Below are positions 1 through 9,650 of a stretch of DNA of 64,000 nucleotides, one piece after another (position 1 is the stretch's first letter; each line of letters starts with the position of its first letter). This DNA is from Thermoproteota archaeon (lineage in GTDB: Archaea > Korarchaeota > Korarchaeia > Korarchaeales > Korarchaeaceae). Below the pieces are notes generated by a model. It had not been told where the DNA came from. It saw only the letters and a program-made list of their open reading frames with translations, and ran no database searches. The stretch spans positions 1 through 64,000 of the forward strand of contig JAOZFH010000047.1 of assembly GCA_027491415.1 (NCBI GenBank), in the 5' to 3' direction. Position numbers and translations under genes: made by a program.

Positions 1-906
1 AGGGACTTCGGCCTGGCATATAGCCCTGAGAGGATCTACGTGGGCAGGGCCCTGGCGGACATAGTCGAGAGGTACCCCAAGATCGTGGGAGGGGTCGGCC
101 CAGAGAGCGCCCGGGTCGCCGCTGCCCTCTACCGAGAGGTGGCGAAGAAGGGCGTGATGGTCCTGTCCAGCGACGTCGCGGCGGAGTTTGAGAAGCTCGC
201 GGAGGGGGCCTACAGAGACGTCAACATAGCTCTGGCCAACCAGCTGGCGATCCTAGCCGCAAGGCTGGGGGTCGAGTTCGAGGAGATCAGAGAGGCGGCA
301 AACAGCCAGCCGTTCTGTCATCTCCACCGTCCTGGAACGGGCGTCGGGGGGCCCTGCATTCCCATCTACCCTCACTTCCTCCTCGAGGTGGCGCGTGACG
401 CCGGAGCCGACCTCAAACTCGTAGAGCTAGCCAGGGAGATCAACTCTGAGATGCCGAGACGCGTGGCCCACCTCGCCCTGGAAGGGGCAGAGCGGGCCGG
501 GTTGAACCCGAACTCCGCCAGCGTGTGCGTCCTAGGACTCGCCTTCAGGGGAGGGGTGGCAGACGCCCGCCTCAGCCCGACCTACGATCTCGTGGGGGAA
601 CTCCTGAGGTTGGGGTTCCGCGCCGTGAGGGTGCACGATCCCAGAGTCCGAGCTGGGGGGGGCCTGCCTCGGGGGGTCAGGCTCCTCTCCGACCTTCGCG
701 CCGCGCTCCAGGGGTGTCAGGTGGTCGTGCTCTCGACCGACCACCCCGAGTACGTCGGGATGAGCCTGGCAAGACTCCGCGAGCTATCTCAGGGGGCTCT
801 GCGGGTGGTGGTAGATGGGAGGGATTGCCTGGACGCCAGGCACGTGCCGGAGGGGATGATATACCTGGCTGTCGGGAGGCCGATCAGGGTTGGGGGATCC
901 GGCTGA
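1..906 (+). CDS. UDP-N-acetylhexosamine/nucleotide-sugar dehydrogenase (WecC/WbpA family), 5'-truncated by window edge
   Basis: Frame open from base 1 (RDFGLAYSPERI...); motifs AEFEKLAEGAYRDVNIALAN, PGTGVGGPC (catalytic Cys), LGLAFRGGVADARLSP, TDHPEY. Confidence 0.9.
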   Translation, partial: RDFGLAYSPERIYVGRALADIVERYPKIVGGVGPESARVAAALYREVAKKGVMVLSSDVAAEFEKLAEGAYRDVNIALANQLAILAARLGVEFEEIREAANSQPFCHLHRPGTGVGGPCIPIYPHFLLEVARDAGADLKLVELAREINSEMPRRVAHLALEGAERAGLNPNSASVCVLGLAFRGGVADARLSPTYDLVGELLRLGFRAVRVHDPRVRAGGGLPRGVRLLSDLRAALQGCQVVVLSTDHPEYVGMSLARLRELSQGALRVVVDGRDCLDARHVPEGMIYLAVGRPIRVGGSG

Positions 907-1735
907 CATCCTGAGGAGACCGGACCGGCCACCCGACAGGGAATCTTTTCTTCGGCTGCTCGAGGATGCCGAGGAGGAGTTCTCGGGGATCCGCCACCTG
1001 CTGGAGGTTGAGGACCCTGAGTGGCCCGTGCTCTTCGTGGGGGACACCCACGGGGACCTCGAATCGGCCGTCAGGGCCAAGGAGCTGGCGGATGAGAGAG
1101 GGGCCAGCGTCGTCTTCTTGGGCGACTACGTCGACAGGGGGCCGAACCAAGTCGAGACCCTGTCCTTTGTGCTTGCTTGGAGGCTCGTCGAACCGGAGAA
1201 GGTGGTGATCCTGCGGGGGAACCACGAGAGCCCCCTCACCAACCCGTACTACGGCTTCCTGCGGGCTGTGATTGGTCTATATGATAAGCAGGTGTACGAC
1301 CAGGCCACGCGGACGTTCGCACAGCTCCCCTACGCCGCCAGAATGGGGGGTGAGGTGCTCGCTATTCACGGAGGGCTTTCAAGAGGGATCAGCGGTGTGG
1401 AGGAGATAGCTGGCCTGCCCAAGGGGGATTTGAACCCCGATCACCCGGTCGCCATGCAGCTGCTGTGGAACGATCCGGACGAGTCCATTGAAGACTTCGC
1501 CCCCAGCGTGCGTGGCCCCGGAGTTTTCAGGTTCGGGAGGAGGGCCTTCCGCGACTTCATGGATAACTCAAGGCTGAGGTTACTGGTGAGGGCCCACGAG
1601 TTCTTTCCGGAGGGGGTGCGAACGTTCTTCGGGGGGAGGCTCCTCAGCGTCTTCAGCTGCAGGTTCTACGGCGGAACTCCTGCGGCCCTCCTAATGGAGG
1701 AGGGGCTTAGCTGGAGGATAGTCCCCCTCTCATGA
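890..1735 (+). CDS. Ser/Thr protein phosphatase, PPP family (PP1-like archaeal)
   Basis: GDTHG, GDYVDRG, LRGNHE, HGG, LLWNDP, RAHE motifs. Confidence 0.93.
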   Translation: MGDPADILRRPDRPPDRESFLRLLEDAEEEFSGIRHLLEVEDPEWPVLFVGDTHGDLESAVRAKELADERGASVVFLGDYVDRGPNQVETLSFVLAWRLVEPEKVVILRGNHESPLTNPYYGFLRAVIGLYDKQVYDQATRTFAQLPYAARMGGEVLAIHGGLSRGISGVEEIAGLPKGDLNPDHPVAMQLLWNDPDESIEDFAPSVRGPGVFRFGRRAFRDFMDNSRLRLLVRAHEFFPEGVRTFFGGRLLSVFSCRFYGGTPAALLMEEGLSWRIVPLS

Positions 1736-1749
1736 GGCTCTGGCAGTGT

Positions 1750-2442
1750 TCAGTACCACTCCACGTAGTAGTCCCAAAACACCCTCCCAGGCGCCTCCCG
1801 CCTCCTCCTAGCGGCCTCCCTTAGTGGCGATCCGAGGACCAGCCCCGTGATGAAGCCCCCTACGTGAGCCCACCAGGCCACCCCGGAGATGCCGAGAGCC
1901 CCCATGATGAGCTGGTACACGAACCAGAAGCCGATGTAGTAGTAGGCGGGTACCCTGACAACCTGCCAGAAGAAACCGTAGGTTACCACGGTCTGGATTC
2001 TGGCGTGGGGGTAGAAGATCCAGTAAGCGCCGAGGACTCCGCTTATCGCTCCCGAAGCCCCCACCGCGGGGATGTACGCCGCGGGTGGCGTGAGGCTGGC
2101 CAGCACGTGGAGTCCCGTTGCACCGACGCCCGAGGCCAGGTAGAACGCAAAATACTTGGCCTTCCCGAATGCCGCCTCTACGTTGTCCCCAAAGATGTAC
2201 AGGTAAACCATGTTGCCTATCAGGTGGGACCAGCCGCCGTGCAGAAACATGGACGTGAATATTCGGTACGCGTTTCCCAGCGGGTCGGCCAAGAACGCGG
2301 CGGGAATGAAGCCGAAATCGTACACGGCCCGCTCAAGGCCGTACGCCAGCTCCCAGAGGAAGACCACTGTGTTGATGATGATGAGGGCGTAGGTGACGAC
2401 TGGCCTTACCCCGCTTGGGTTCTCATCTCTGATGGGGAACAT
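1750..2442 (-). CDS. Rhomboid family intramembrane serine protease
   Basis: TSMFLHGGWSHLIGNM, GASGA (catalytic Ser), AHVGGF (catalytic His); several hydrophobic helices; SD GAGGTGA. Confidence 0.95.
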   Translation of the reverse strand: MFPIRDENPSGVRPVVTYALIIINTVVFLWELAYGLERAVYDFGFIPAAFLADPLGNAYRIFTSMFLHGGWSHLIGNMVYLYIFGDNVEAAFGKAKYFAFYLASGVGATGLHVLASLTPPAAYIPAVGASGAISGVLGAYWIFYPHARIQTVVTYGFFWQVVRVPAYYYIGFWFVYQLIMGALGISGVAWWAHVGGFITGLVLGSPLREAARRRREAPGRVFWDYYVEWY

Positions 2443-2456
2443 GGGACATCACCTCG

Positions 2457-2516
2457 GGCTCAGCCGACCCTCTTCCGGGGCACTGGACCCCCTCTTGCCG
2501 AATAGTCATCATCGCC
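2457..2516 (-). ncRNA. Box C/D guide sRNA candidate
   Basis: Intergenic; minus strand GGC-G-AUGAUGA(2512-2506)...42 nt...CUGA(2463-2460)-GCC forming a canonical terminal K-turn; TAAATA about 23 nt upstream; C'/D' degenerate. Confidence 0.7.
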
Positions 2517-2542
2517 TTAGACCTCACTCCCGGTGCAAGTAT

Positions 2543-3031
2543 TTAGGACTTGAGGACCCTCCCCCGGCGATCTATCTCGCCAGCCCTGATTCTGGTGGAG
2601 CTCAGCCTTCCCCCGTCCTCTGCGGGGATGAGGGGACACGCCACGATGTATAGGGGCCGAAGTCCTCTCTTTCTGCGGGCCTCGTTGACCAGCAGCGCCC
2701 CCGGAATGGTCTCCTCTGAGACCACCAAGGTGTCCGCCCTGCTGTCCTCTCCAGCCGGTCCGACCGGGTCCGTTATGCGTACGACCTCGTGATCAACGCC
2801 GAGACTTCTCAGGAAGTCCTCAACAGCCCTCTTCCTGACATAAAAGGGTTCTATCATATCCCTGTACCTTTTCGACCTGAGGAGAGGTCCGTCGGCGAGG
2901 CCCACGAACACCTCTCGGCCTATGGAGGCCGCTAGCCTCAGCAGGGACTCGTGCCCGGCGTGAAGCCTGTCGAACGTACCCGCCACGATCACCCTTCCAA
3001 AAGGCTTTCCGCACGACCCGCGATCTCCCAA
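2543..3031 (-). CDS. coaD: Phosphopantetheine adenylyltransferase, archaeal/eukaryotic type
   Basis: GTFDRLHAGH (HxGH), DPVGPA, LVVSEET, LSSTRIRAGEID. Confidence 0.92.
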   Translation of the reverse strand: MGDRGSCGKPFGRVIVAGTFDRLHAGHESLLRLAASIGREVFVGLADGPLLRSKRYRDMIEPFYVRKRAVEDFLRSLGVDHEVVRITDPVGPAGEDSRADTLVVSEETIPGALLVNEARRKRGLRPLYIVACPLIPAEDGGRLSSTRIRAGEIDRRGRVLKS

Positions 3032-3675
3032 ACAGACACCACCTCTATATCCGGCGCCGTTGCTGAGTCCTTGGATGCGCTCTTGCCTCTCCTGACCCTG
3101 ACCGTCTTCATGCCGAACTCGCTGGCGGAGTCAACCCCCTCAGGCCTGGCAGTCACGTAGATGCAGTTGGCGGGGTTTACTCCCAGCTCTTCGAGGGCAG
3201 ACCTGTGTCTCTCGGGGTCTGGTTGACCTACCCACGCTCTCTCGAAGAAGTGGTGTAGGCCCAACCTGATAACCTTCTCCCACTCCTTCACGGGGCTCCC
3301 GGGCGAAGACAGACCGAGGCCGTAGCCGCGATCTCGAAGCGTGAGGAGGGTCTTGAAGACCTTGGGGAGCGGCCTCAAGAAGGCGCGCTTGGTGTCGTGA
3401 TAGGCTATTACGCCGGCAGCTATGACCCTCGCGTCCACCCTCAGGCCGAGCGCCGATATGGCGTCGTCGAAGTGCCTCGTGTAATCCTCCCCCCTCTCCT
3501 CGACCACCTTGTTCACCTTCCTCAGTAGGACCTCAAAGTCCGCGGGCAGTCCGGCCTCAATCATAGCAACAACCGCGTTCTCCCGGGCCATCCTCTTCAG
3601 CAAGGTTGCGTCATACAAGACGTCGTCCACATCGAACAACCACCAGACTCGAACTCCCTCAGAACCGGAGCTCAT
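2989..3675 (-). CDS. HAD superfamily hydrolase-like protein (MJ1437/TIGR02253-like), motifs III/IV degenerate
   Basis: FDVDDVLY motif I, ARENAVVAMIEAGL, AAGVIAYH; motif III Lys and motif IV GD..D absent (YVTARPEGV). Confidence 0.8.
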   Translation of the reverse strand: MSSGSEGVRVWWLFDVDDVLYDATLLKRMARENAVVAMIEAGLPADFEVLLRKVNKVVEERGEDYTRHFDDAISALGLRVDARVIAAGVIAYHDTKRAFLRPLPKVFKTLLTLRDRGYGLGLSSPGSPVKEWEKVIRLGLHHFFERAWVGQPDPERHRSALEELGVNPANCIYVTARPEGVDSASEFGMKTVRVRRGKSASKDSATAPDIEVVSVWEIAGRAESLLEG

Positions 3676-4674
3676 TCACATCACCCTCACGGACGCATCC
3701 GGGTCTATACCCAGGATGAGCGTGACCTTCAGGGCGAGGAGTAGCAGCGCTGGAGCGTAGACCAGCGGGGCTATCTCCCCCGGCGGATTGACCCCCAGCG
3801 GTACGTGGGGACCAGCCGGGCCCACGCCGATCACTATGGCGCCGTACCTCTCCGCAGCCATTTTGACCTCTGGGTTTCTCTCAGGTTCTAAAACCAACAC
3901 CGGCGTGCCAGCCGAGAGGAGTCGGTGCTTCGTGGCCAAGAACTCTCCCGGCGATGCGACGTCGCACATTATGCCCGACATCATCGTCAGCCGGTAAGAG
4001 AACTCCTGGGCCGCAGGCTTCACGCCGTTGGTGGAGACCACGAAGAGAAGCCGAGAGCGTGCGATCAGCTCGGCCGCCTCATCGGCTACGGATTCAGCTC
4101 TCCCGAGAGCCTCGGCGGCCTGTTCGGGCGCCGCCTCCAGGAGGGAACGGAGGGAGTGAGCCCTGGCAGGCATCCCCGCCAGCCTCGCAACCTCCGCCGC
4201 CAAGAGCAGGCCCGCCACCGACATGGGTGAGAAGAGGCCCATTCTCCCGGGTCCCCTCGTGAACACGAGGCCGTAATCTGATGCCCTGTGCAGGGTGCTC
4301 CCCGGGCTGCCCAGTACGGAGATCACGGGAGCGGCTGGATCCCTCTTCCTTAGTTCCCTGATGGCCAGCAGCGCCTCTCGCTCCTCCCCTGTCTCAGAGA
4401 AAATCACCGCGGCGGGCCTCTTGGGCCTCTCCGCAAGCCAATTCGAGAAGTCCTCAGCGTCCATTTCAATGGCCCCCGGACCGCCCACCTTGCCGAGGAT
4501 TCTGCCGAGGAGGGAGGCTGGGTGCAGGGTGGGGCCCACTCCGATCGAGTAGACGAACTCCCTCGAGGCGAGAGCCTCCGCGGCGTACCTGGCCGGGACT
4601 GAGAGTATGGAGAGGGCCCTCCTCATGAGGGCAGGCTGCTCGAGTATCTCACCCCTCGTCTCCTCGCCCCGCAA
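3676..4674 (-). CDS. Double SIS-domain protein (GlmS C-terminal/AgaS-like), divergent
   Basis: EILEQP start, IGVGPT, FSETGE, PGSTLHRASD, C-terminal GIDPD; no glutaminase domain. Confidence 0.75.
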   Translation of the reverse strand: MRGEETRGEILEQPALMRRALSILSVPARYAAEALASREFVYSIGVGPTLHPASLLGRILGKVGGPGAIEMDAEDFSNWLAERPKRPAAVIFSETGEEREALLAIRELRKRDPAAPVISVLGSPGSTLHRASDYGLVFTRGPGRMGLFSPMSVAGLLLAAEVARLAGMPARAHSLRSLLEAAPEQAAEALGRAESVADEAAELIARSRLLFVVSTNGVKPAAQEFSYRLTMMSGIMCDVASPGEFLATKHRLLSAGTPVLVLEPERNPEVKMAAERYGAIVIGVGPAGPHVPLGVNPPGEIAPLVYAPALLLLALKVTLILGIDPDASVRVM

Positions 4675-4781
4675 ATCGTCTCGAGGTGGCCCCCGGGGGC
4701 CTCCAAATTAAGTCCTCCCGATTCGAGTCGGTCCACAACCGTTAAGGGAGACCCGCGAACCGGGCGAAGGGGTGACTCGAG

Positions 4782-5858
4782 CTGCTCGCAGACAGGGTCG
4801 AATTCTTCAAGAGGCTAAGTGAGGCGTTTGGGCCATCTGGCTTTGAGGTAGAAGTCGCGAGACTCGTTAGAGAAGAATACGGGCAGTACGCCGACCAAAT
4901 CCTCTACGACGGCTTGGGCTCCATCATACTGAGGAAGGGGGGCGGCGTCGAGGACGGGCCTCGCGTCCTCCTCGCGGGACACATGGACGAGGTCGGGTTC
5001 ATCGTGAAGGGCATCACAGAGGGGGGCTACCTAGCCTTCCAGACCCTCGGAGGCTGGGTGACCACGACCCTTCCCGCCCACAGGGTGGTGGTCAGGTCCA
5101 AGAAGGGCGATCACGTCGGTGTTCTCGTCTCGAAGCCCCCTCACCTCCTCCCACCGGAGGAGAGGAAAAAGGCGCCCGACGTGAAGGACCTCTACATCGA
5201 CGTGGGCGCAACTAGTAGGGACGAGGTCAAGGAGATGGGCATCAGGATCGGCGATCCGGTCGCCCCGCTCGCCGACTTCAGGACCCTCAGGGGAGGAGAG
5301 GTCTGGCTCGGGAAGGCGTTCGACGACAGGATCGGTGTGTTCATGGCGATGGAGGTCCTCAGGCAGCTTGGATCAGACCATCCCAACGTCGTCTACGCGG
5401 CCGGAACGGTACAAGAGGAGGTGGGCCTTCGGGGTGCGGAGACAACCGCCGACGTCGTGAACCCTGACGTGGCCATCGTCTGTGAGGTGGACATAGCCGG
5501 AGACGTCCCGGGGGTGACGGAGCGTGAGGCGCCGGCCAAGATGGGGAAGGGGGCCTCGATAATAACCTGGGACAGGACCATGATACCCAATCAGGCCCTC
5601 AAGGAGCTGGCCATCTCGGTGGCGGAGGATCTGGGCCTACCCTACCAGCTGTCGGCGGTCTCCGGAGGGACGGACGGGCACAGGATCCACCTGCACTACC
5701 GAGGGGTTCCCACAATCGTGATATCCGTCCCTACGAGGCACATTCACTCCCACAGCTCCATGCTCATGCCCAAGGACGTCGACGCGGCCATAAGGCTGAT
5801 CTCGGAGGTCGTCAAGAGGTTGGACCGGGAGACAGTCGAGTCGCTGACCCGCATCTGA
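4782..5858 (+). CDS. M42 family aminopeptidase (TET/FrvX-like); probable CTG start
   Basis: AGHMDEVG, GKAFDDRIG, VQEEVGLRGA, GGTDG, RHIHS; conserved N-terminus (LSEAFGPSGFE) lies upstream of the track start 4914, only CTG 4782 after GGGGTGA can encode it. Confidence 0.93.
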   Translation: MLADRVEFFKRLSEAFGPSGFEVEVARLVREEYGQYADQILYDGLGSIILRKGGGVEDGPRVLLAGHMDEVGFIVKGITEGGYLAFQTLGGWVTTTLPAHRVVVRSKKGDHVGVLVSKPPHLLPPEERKKAPDVKDLYIDVGATSRDEVKEMGIRIGDPVAPLADFRTLRGGEVWLGKAFDDRIGVFMAMEVLRQLGSDHPNVVYAAGTVQEEVGLRGAETTADVVNPDVAIVCEVDIAGDVPGVTEREAPAKMGKGASIITWDRTMIPNQALKELAISVAEDLGLPYQLSAVSGGTDGHRIHLHYRGVPTIVISVPTRHIHSHSSMLMPKDVDAAIRLISEVVKRLDRETVESLTRI

Positions 5859-5932
5859 CCCAGGGTCCGCCACCAGGTCCCACCCCCATTTTATTATCCC
5901 CGCCGAGTTCCAACCTTCGAGGGCTCTCCCCC

Positions 5933-7120
5933 GTGGTGAGGGCGATCAGGCAGAGGACGGTCAGGGACATCCTGCTCGAGATGAAGGATCGATCCGAACT
6001 CGCCGTGAGCCTGGCGTACGCGGCCCTGATGTACAACGACGACGAGATCGCGGATGAGGTGCTGGAGCTGGAGAACGAGCTGGACGACCTCAGGTACGAA
6101 CTCTCCGTCAGGACGATAGTGGCCGGCAGGTCGCTGGAGGAGGCAGAAGAGCTCGCCGCCATACTCGAGGTCGGGGCTGCGGCAGACGAGATCAGCGACG
6201 CGGTGGCCGACCTCGCCAAGATCATTCTGAGGGGCTACCCGCTCCACGAGTCAATCTCGGCCGCGTTCATGGAGTCGGAGGAGATCATCGGCCTGGTGAG
6301 GCTTGGCGAGGGCGCCCCGCTGGCGGGCATGAGGGTGTCTGAGCTGTACGAGCCGGAGAAGCTGGCGGGGTGCGACATCCTCGCCGTGAAGCGGGCTGGC
6401 AGGTGGCTGTTCGACTACCCAGACGACCTGGTCCTGCAGGAGGGTGACATGCTCCTCTTGGAGGGGACCAGAGAGGGGGTGGAGGCCGTGAGGTCCCTCC
6501 TCGGCCTGCCGATCAGGTCCCGCCCCGAGAGGGTTGAGGTCAGCCAGGAGTCCAGGGAGCTGGCCCACTCTCTCCAGGTGCTCAGGGCTCACTCCGAGCT
6601 GATGGTGTACCTGGCATACGCGTCCATGCTCATGAACAGCCAGGCCATAGCCCTCGAGGTCTCGAGGCTGGAGGACGAGATCGATGAGCTACACGAGGAG
6701 TTCGAGGTGAAGGTCCTAAAGGGACTGGCGGGGAAGGCAGACCCCCGGGCCGTGGTCGGGCTCCTTAGGGCCGGTTCTGCGGCAGAGAGGATAGGGGACG
6801 CCGCACATCGGATGGCCAGCGTCGTCGAGAGGGGAGTCGCTATTCACGAAGTCCTCGCCGCAGTGGTGGAGGAGAGCGAGGAGTCCATTGCCTGGGTGCG
6901 CGTGGGAGAGGACTCCCCTGCAGACGGAAGGGAAATTGGCGAACTGGAGTTGGAGGAGTCTACCGGAATGGAGATCCTCGCCGTGAGACGCGGGCTTAGG
7001 TGGGTCTTCGAGCCGAAGGACTCGTTTAGAATCAGAAGCGGGGACATCGTGATACTGCTCGGACCTCCCGACGGTCTGGAGGCCGCCCTCAAGGTGCTGG
7101 GGGCTGAGGAGATTGAGTAA
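5933..7120 (+). CDS. Tandem PhoU-like/TrkA-C (RCK_C) domain protein (COG3273-like, duplicated)
   Basis: Two repeats: SELAVSLAYAA/SELMVYLAYAS, EVLELENELD/EVSRLEDEID, ILAVKRAGRW/ILAVRRGLRW, LQEGD/IRSGD. Confidence 0.85.
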   Translation: MVRAIRQRTVRDILLEMKDRSELAVSLAYAALMYNDDEIADEVLELENELDDLRYELSVRTIVAGRSLEEAEELAAILEVGAAADEISDAVADLAKIILRGYPLHESISAAFMESEEIIGLVRLGEGAPLAGMRVSELYEPEKLAGCDILAVKRAGRWLFDYPDDLVLQEGDMLLLEGTREGVEAVRSLLGLPIRSRPERVEVSQESRELAHSLQVLRAHSELMVYLAYASMLMNSQAIALEVSRLEDEIDELHEEFEVKVLKGLAGKADPRAVVGLLRAGSAAERIGDAAHRMASVVERGVAIHEVLAAVVEESEESIAWVRVGEDSPADGREIGELELEESTGMEILAVRRGLRWVFEPKDSFRIRSGDIVILLGPPDGLEAALKVLGAEEIE

Positions 7121-8579
7121 AAGTGAAAGGGACGAGCTGAGACTCACAGCGCCCCTGAGTTGGCTGGACGGCGTGGATCCGGAGACGGGGGTGATAACCC
7201 AGCCCGGGCACCCTCAGGCCGGCCTCAGCGTCGCTGGGAAGCGCGTCGTTATGCCCCACTCGGTCGGATCCACCGTGGGGGCGTACGGCCTGTTCAAGCT
7301 TGCCAGGCACGGGGTCGCTCCGCGCGAGATAGTTCTGAAACACCCTGACAGCGTCACCATAAGCGCGGAGCTCGCTGGCATCCCCGTCAGGGTGCTGGGA
7401 GCCGTTGAGGCCCCGCGCCCAGAGGCCCCGGAGGGCGTCCCCGACGAGTTCGTTAGGTTTCTCCAGAAGGAGGCCTCCCTCGCCGGGGCTCATTCCTACA
7501 TCCCGGTGAGGTCCGTCCACCTCTCCGGGATATCCTACGCCACGATAGGAGACGCGGGGCTCGAGTTCTTGGAGGGCCTAGTCGAAAGGGGAGTCCGCTT
7601 TCGCACCCTCGTCACGACGAACCCGGCCGGGATGGACGTATCCCGCTGGCGAGAGATGGGGGTGCCGGAGAGCTTTGCCGAGAGGCAGATTCGGATCGTG
7701 AAGTCGCTGAACGAGATGGGGGCGACGCCCACGCTGACCTGCACCCCCTACCTAGCGGGAAACCTCCCCAGGCCAGGCGAGCACGTGTGCTGGGGGGAGT
7801 CCAGCGCCGTCGCGTTCGCGAACAGCGTCCTAGGTGCCAGAACAAACAGGGAGGGCTCGGTTAAGGCGATCGCTGCCGCCGTCGTGGGGCTAACGCCAGC
7901 CTACGGGATGCATCTGGATGAGAACCGGGCCCCCAGCGTGATCGTGGAGACCGACGGATCACTCTCCGGGACGACGGACTTCTCTGCAGCGGGCTACTTC
8001 GTGGGTGAGAGCGTCCCCAGGGGAGTCCCCCTCTATCGCGGCATTAAGGAGGCGTCTATCGACGAGCTCAAGGCCATGGGGGCGGGAGGAGCGGCGTCTG
8101 GGAGCATAGAGCTCTTCCACGTTGAGGGGATAACCCCCAACCCGATCGGGTCCCTCCAGGGGGGAGTGGAGGTTCTGAGGCTCGAGAGGCGAGACGTAGA
8201 CGGGACGATTGAGCAACTAAGCACGACCGGCTCGATGCCAGACCTCGTCACGCTCGGCTGCCCGCACCTTTCCCTGAGCGAACTCAGAGAGATTCACGGG
8301 CTCCTGAGGGGGAGGAAGGTCAGCGTCCCCTTCTGGCTGTTCACCGCCAGGGCGACGCTGAGCCAGCTTCCAGAGGGCGTGCTCAGGGACATGGAGGGGA
8401 GCGGGGCGAAGGTCTACGCCGACACGTGCATGGTGGTGGCCCCGCTGAGAGCCATGGGTTATCGCGTAATCGCGACGAACTCTGCCAAGGCCGCCAAGTA
8501 CCTCAGGACCCTCGGCGGGCTTGACGTGATCCTGCTCCCTACGCGCGAACTCGTCGAGAGGTTCTCCAGGCCAGCCTAG
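7113..8579 (+). CDS. Aconitase X, fused swiveling + catalytic domains; probable phosphomevalonate dehydratase
   Basis: N-term GVDPETG...HP...GSTVG (small subunit); then ISYATIG, CTPY, WGESSAV, ARTNREG, LGCPH, DTCMVV (large subunit Fe-S Cys). Confidence 0.9.
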   Translation: MSKSERDELRLTAPLSWLDGVDPETGVITQPGHPQAGLSVAGKRVVMPHSVGSTVGAYGLFKLARHGVAPREIVLKHPDSVTISAELAGIPVRVLGAVEAPRPEAPEGVPDEFVRFLQKEASLAGAHSYIPVRSVHLSGISYATIGDAGLEFLEGLVERGVRFRTLVTTNPAGMDVSRWREMGVPESFAERQIRIVKSLNEMGATPTLTCTPYLAGNLPRPGEHVCWGESSAVAFANSVLGARTNREGSVKAIAAAVVGLTPAYGMHLDENRAPSVIVETDGSLSGTTDFSAAGYFVGESVPRGVPLYRGIKEASIDELKAMGAGGAASGSIELFHVEGITPNPIGSLQGGVEVLRLERRDVDGTIEQLSTTGSMPDLVTLGCPHLSLSELREIHGLLRGRKVSVPFWLFTARATLSQLPEGVLRDMEGSGAKVYADTCMVVAPLRAMGYRVIATNSAKAAKYLRTLGGLDVILLPTRELVERFSRPA

Positions 8580-8591
8580 CGGTGTCCCCCG

Positions 8592-9200
8592 ATGATAGAC
8601 CGCGAGAGGGCGGAGGCGGCGATAGTCGCGCTGCTGGTGGAGGATGTCGACCTGCTCGACCCGGAGGTCAGGGAGTACTTGATCGAGTCGGGAGCCCTCG
8701 TTAACGGTAAGATCAGGCCGATCAGGGCCGCCGTCTCGCTCGTGCTGGCTGGGGTCCCGCCGGAGAAGGCGGCGGCCCTCGTGGACTGGAGGGGGTTCGA
8801 GTCACTCGTACAAGAGTACCTAGAGGAGTTTGGCTATAGGATCGTCGCCAAGAGGTTCAGGTTCGCCCACTCGGGGAGAAGGTGGGAGATAGACCTCCTG
8901 GGCGTGGGGCCGCTGGCCGCGCTGGCGGTGGAGTGCAAGCTGTGGACAAACAGGAGGGCAATTCGGTCCAAGATCGCCGCCGAGGTCAGGACGCACCTTG
9001 AGAGAGTAAAGGCTTTCGTGGAGTCGAATTCGGCGATGAAGCTTGGCCTGAAGGTGAGGGTGATCCCTCTGGTGGTCGGGTGGTTTCCAGAAACGGGGGA
9101 GTTGGTGGAGGGGGTACCCTACGTCCCACTCTTCAAGCTCAACTCATTCTTGATGGAACTCGATCCCCTCGACGGCGACCTCGCCGGATTCGATCTCTGA
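8592..9200 (+). CDS. PD-(D/E)xK restriction-endonuclease-fold protein (Mrr_cat-like)
   Basis: DWRGFESLVQEYLEEFGY, WEIDLLG, AVECK. Confidence 0.8.
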   Translation: MIDRERAEAAIVALLVEDVDLLDPEVREYLIESGALVNGKIRPIRAAVSLVLAGVPPEKAAALVDWRGFESLVQEYLEEFGYRIVAKRFRFAHSGRRWEIDLLGVGPLAALAVECKLWTNRRAIRSKIAAEVRTHLERVKAFVESNSAMKLGLKVRVIPLVVGWFPETGELVEGVPYVPLFKLNSFLMELDPLDGDLAGFDL

Positions 9201-9641
9201 CGCGCCTTCGTTCCTCAATACCGGCGGAGAAGGTGTTATGATCTCCCCCCTCCACCGCCCTCCTCTGAAGAATAGGGCGGCCTCTCTAGATGAGACCAGG
9301 TATATCGCCAGCAGGGCGAAGACGCCAGCCGCGGGCACGGTCCAGTCCCAGACCCTCCTGACCAAGAGCAGGTACGCTGACAGGGAGAGCAGTGCGGCAG
9401 TTCCAGAGGGCCGCCCCCACCTGGATCCCGAGAGGATTCCATAGGCCACGATGGTCGTTATCAGGGAGGTGGAGATCAGCAGGGCGCCTCCCTTCACAGA
9501 GATGGCTGGTGACCCGGGGATCACCTCCCTAACCATGACCTCAAGGCCGAGCGCCAGGTCTACCCCCAGGAAGAGCATCAGCCCTGAGGCGGCCAGCAGG
9601 GCTACCCCTGCCAGGGCGACCCCCTTGGGGATGCTGGCCAT
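9144..9641 (-). CDS. Hypothetical membrane protein (about 4 TM helices)
   Basis: Four hydrophobic segments; SD-like GAGGTG upstream of ATG; follows prs at 9 nt. Confidence 0.7.
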   Translation of the reverse strand: MASIPKGVALAGVALLAASGLMLFLGVDLALGLEVMVREVIPGSPAISVKGGALLISTSLITTIVAYGILSGSRWGRPSGTAALLSLSAYLLLVRRVWDWTVPAAGVFALLAIYLVSSREAALFFRGGRWRGEIITPSPPVLRNEGASEIESGEVAVEGIEFHQE

Positions 9642-9650
9642 TCGAGCACC

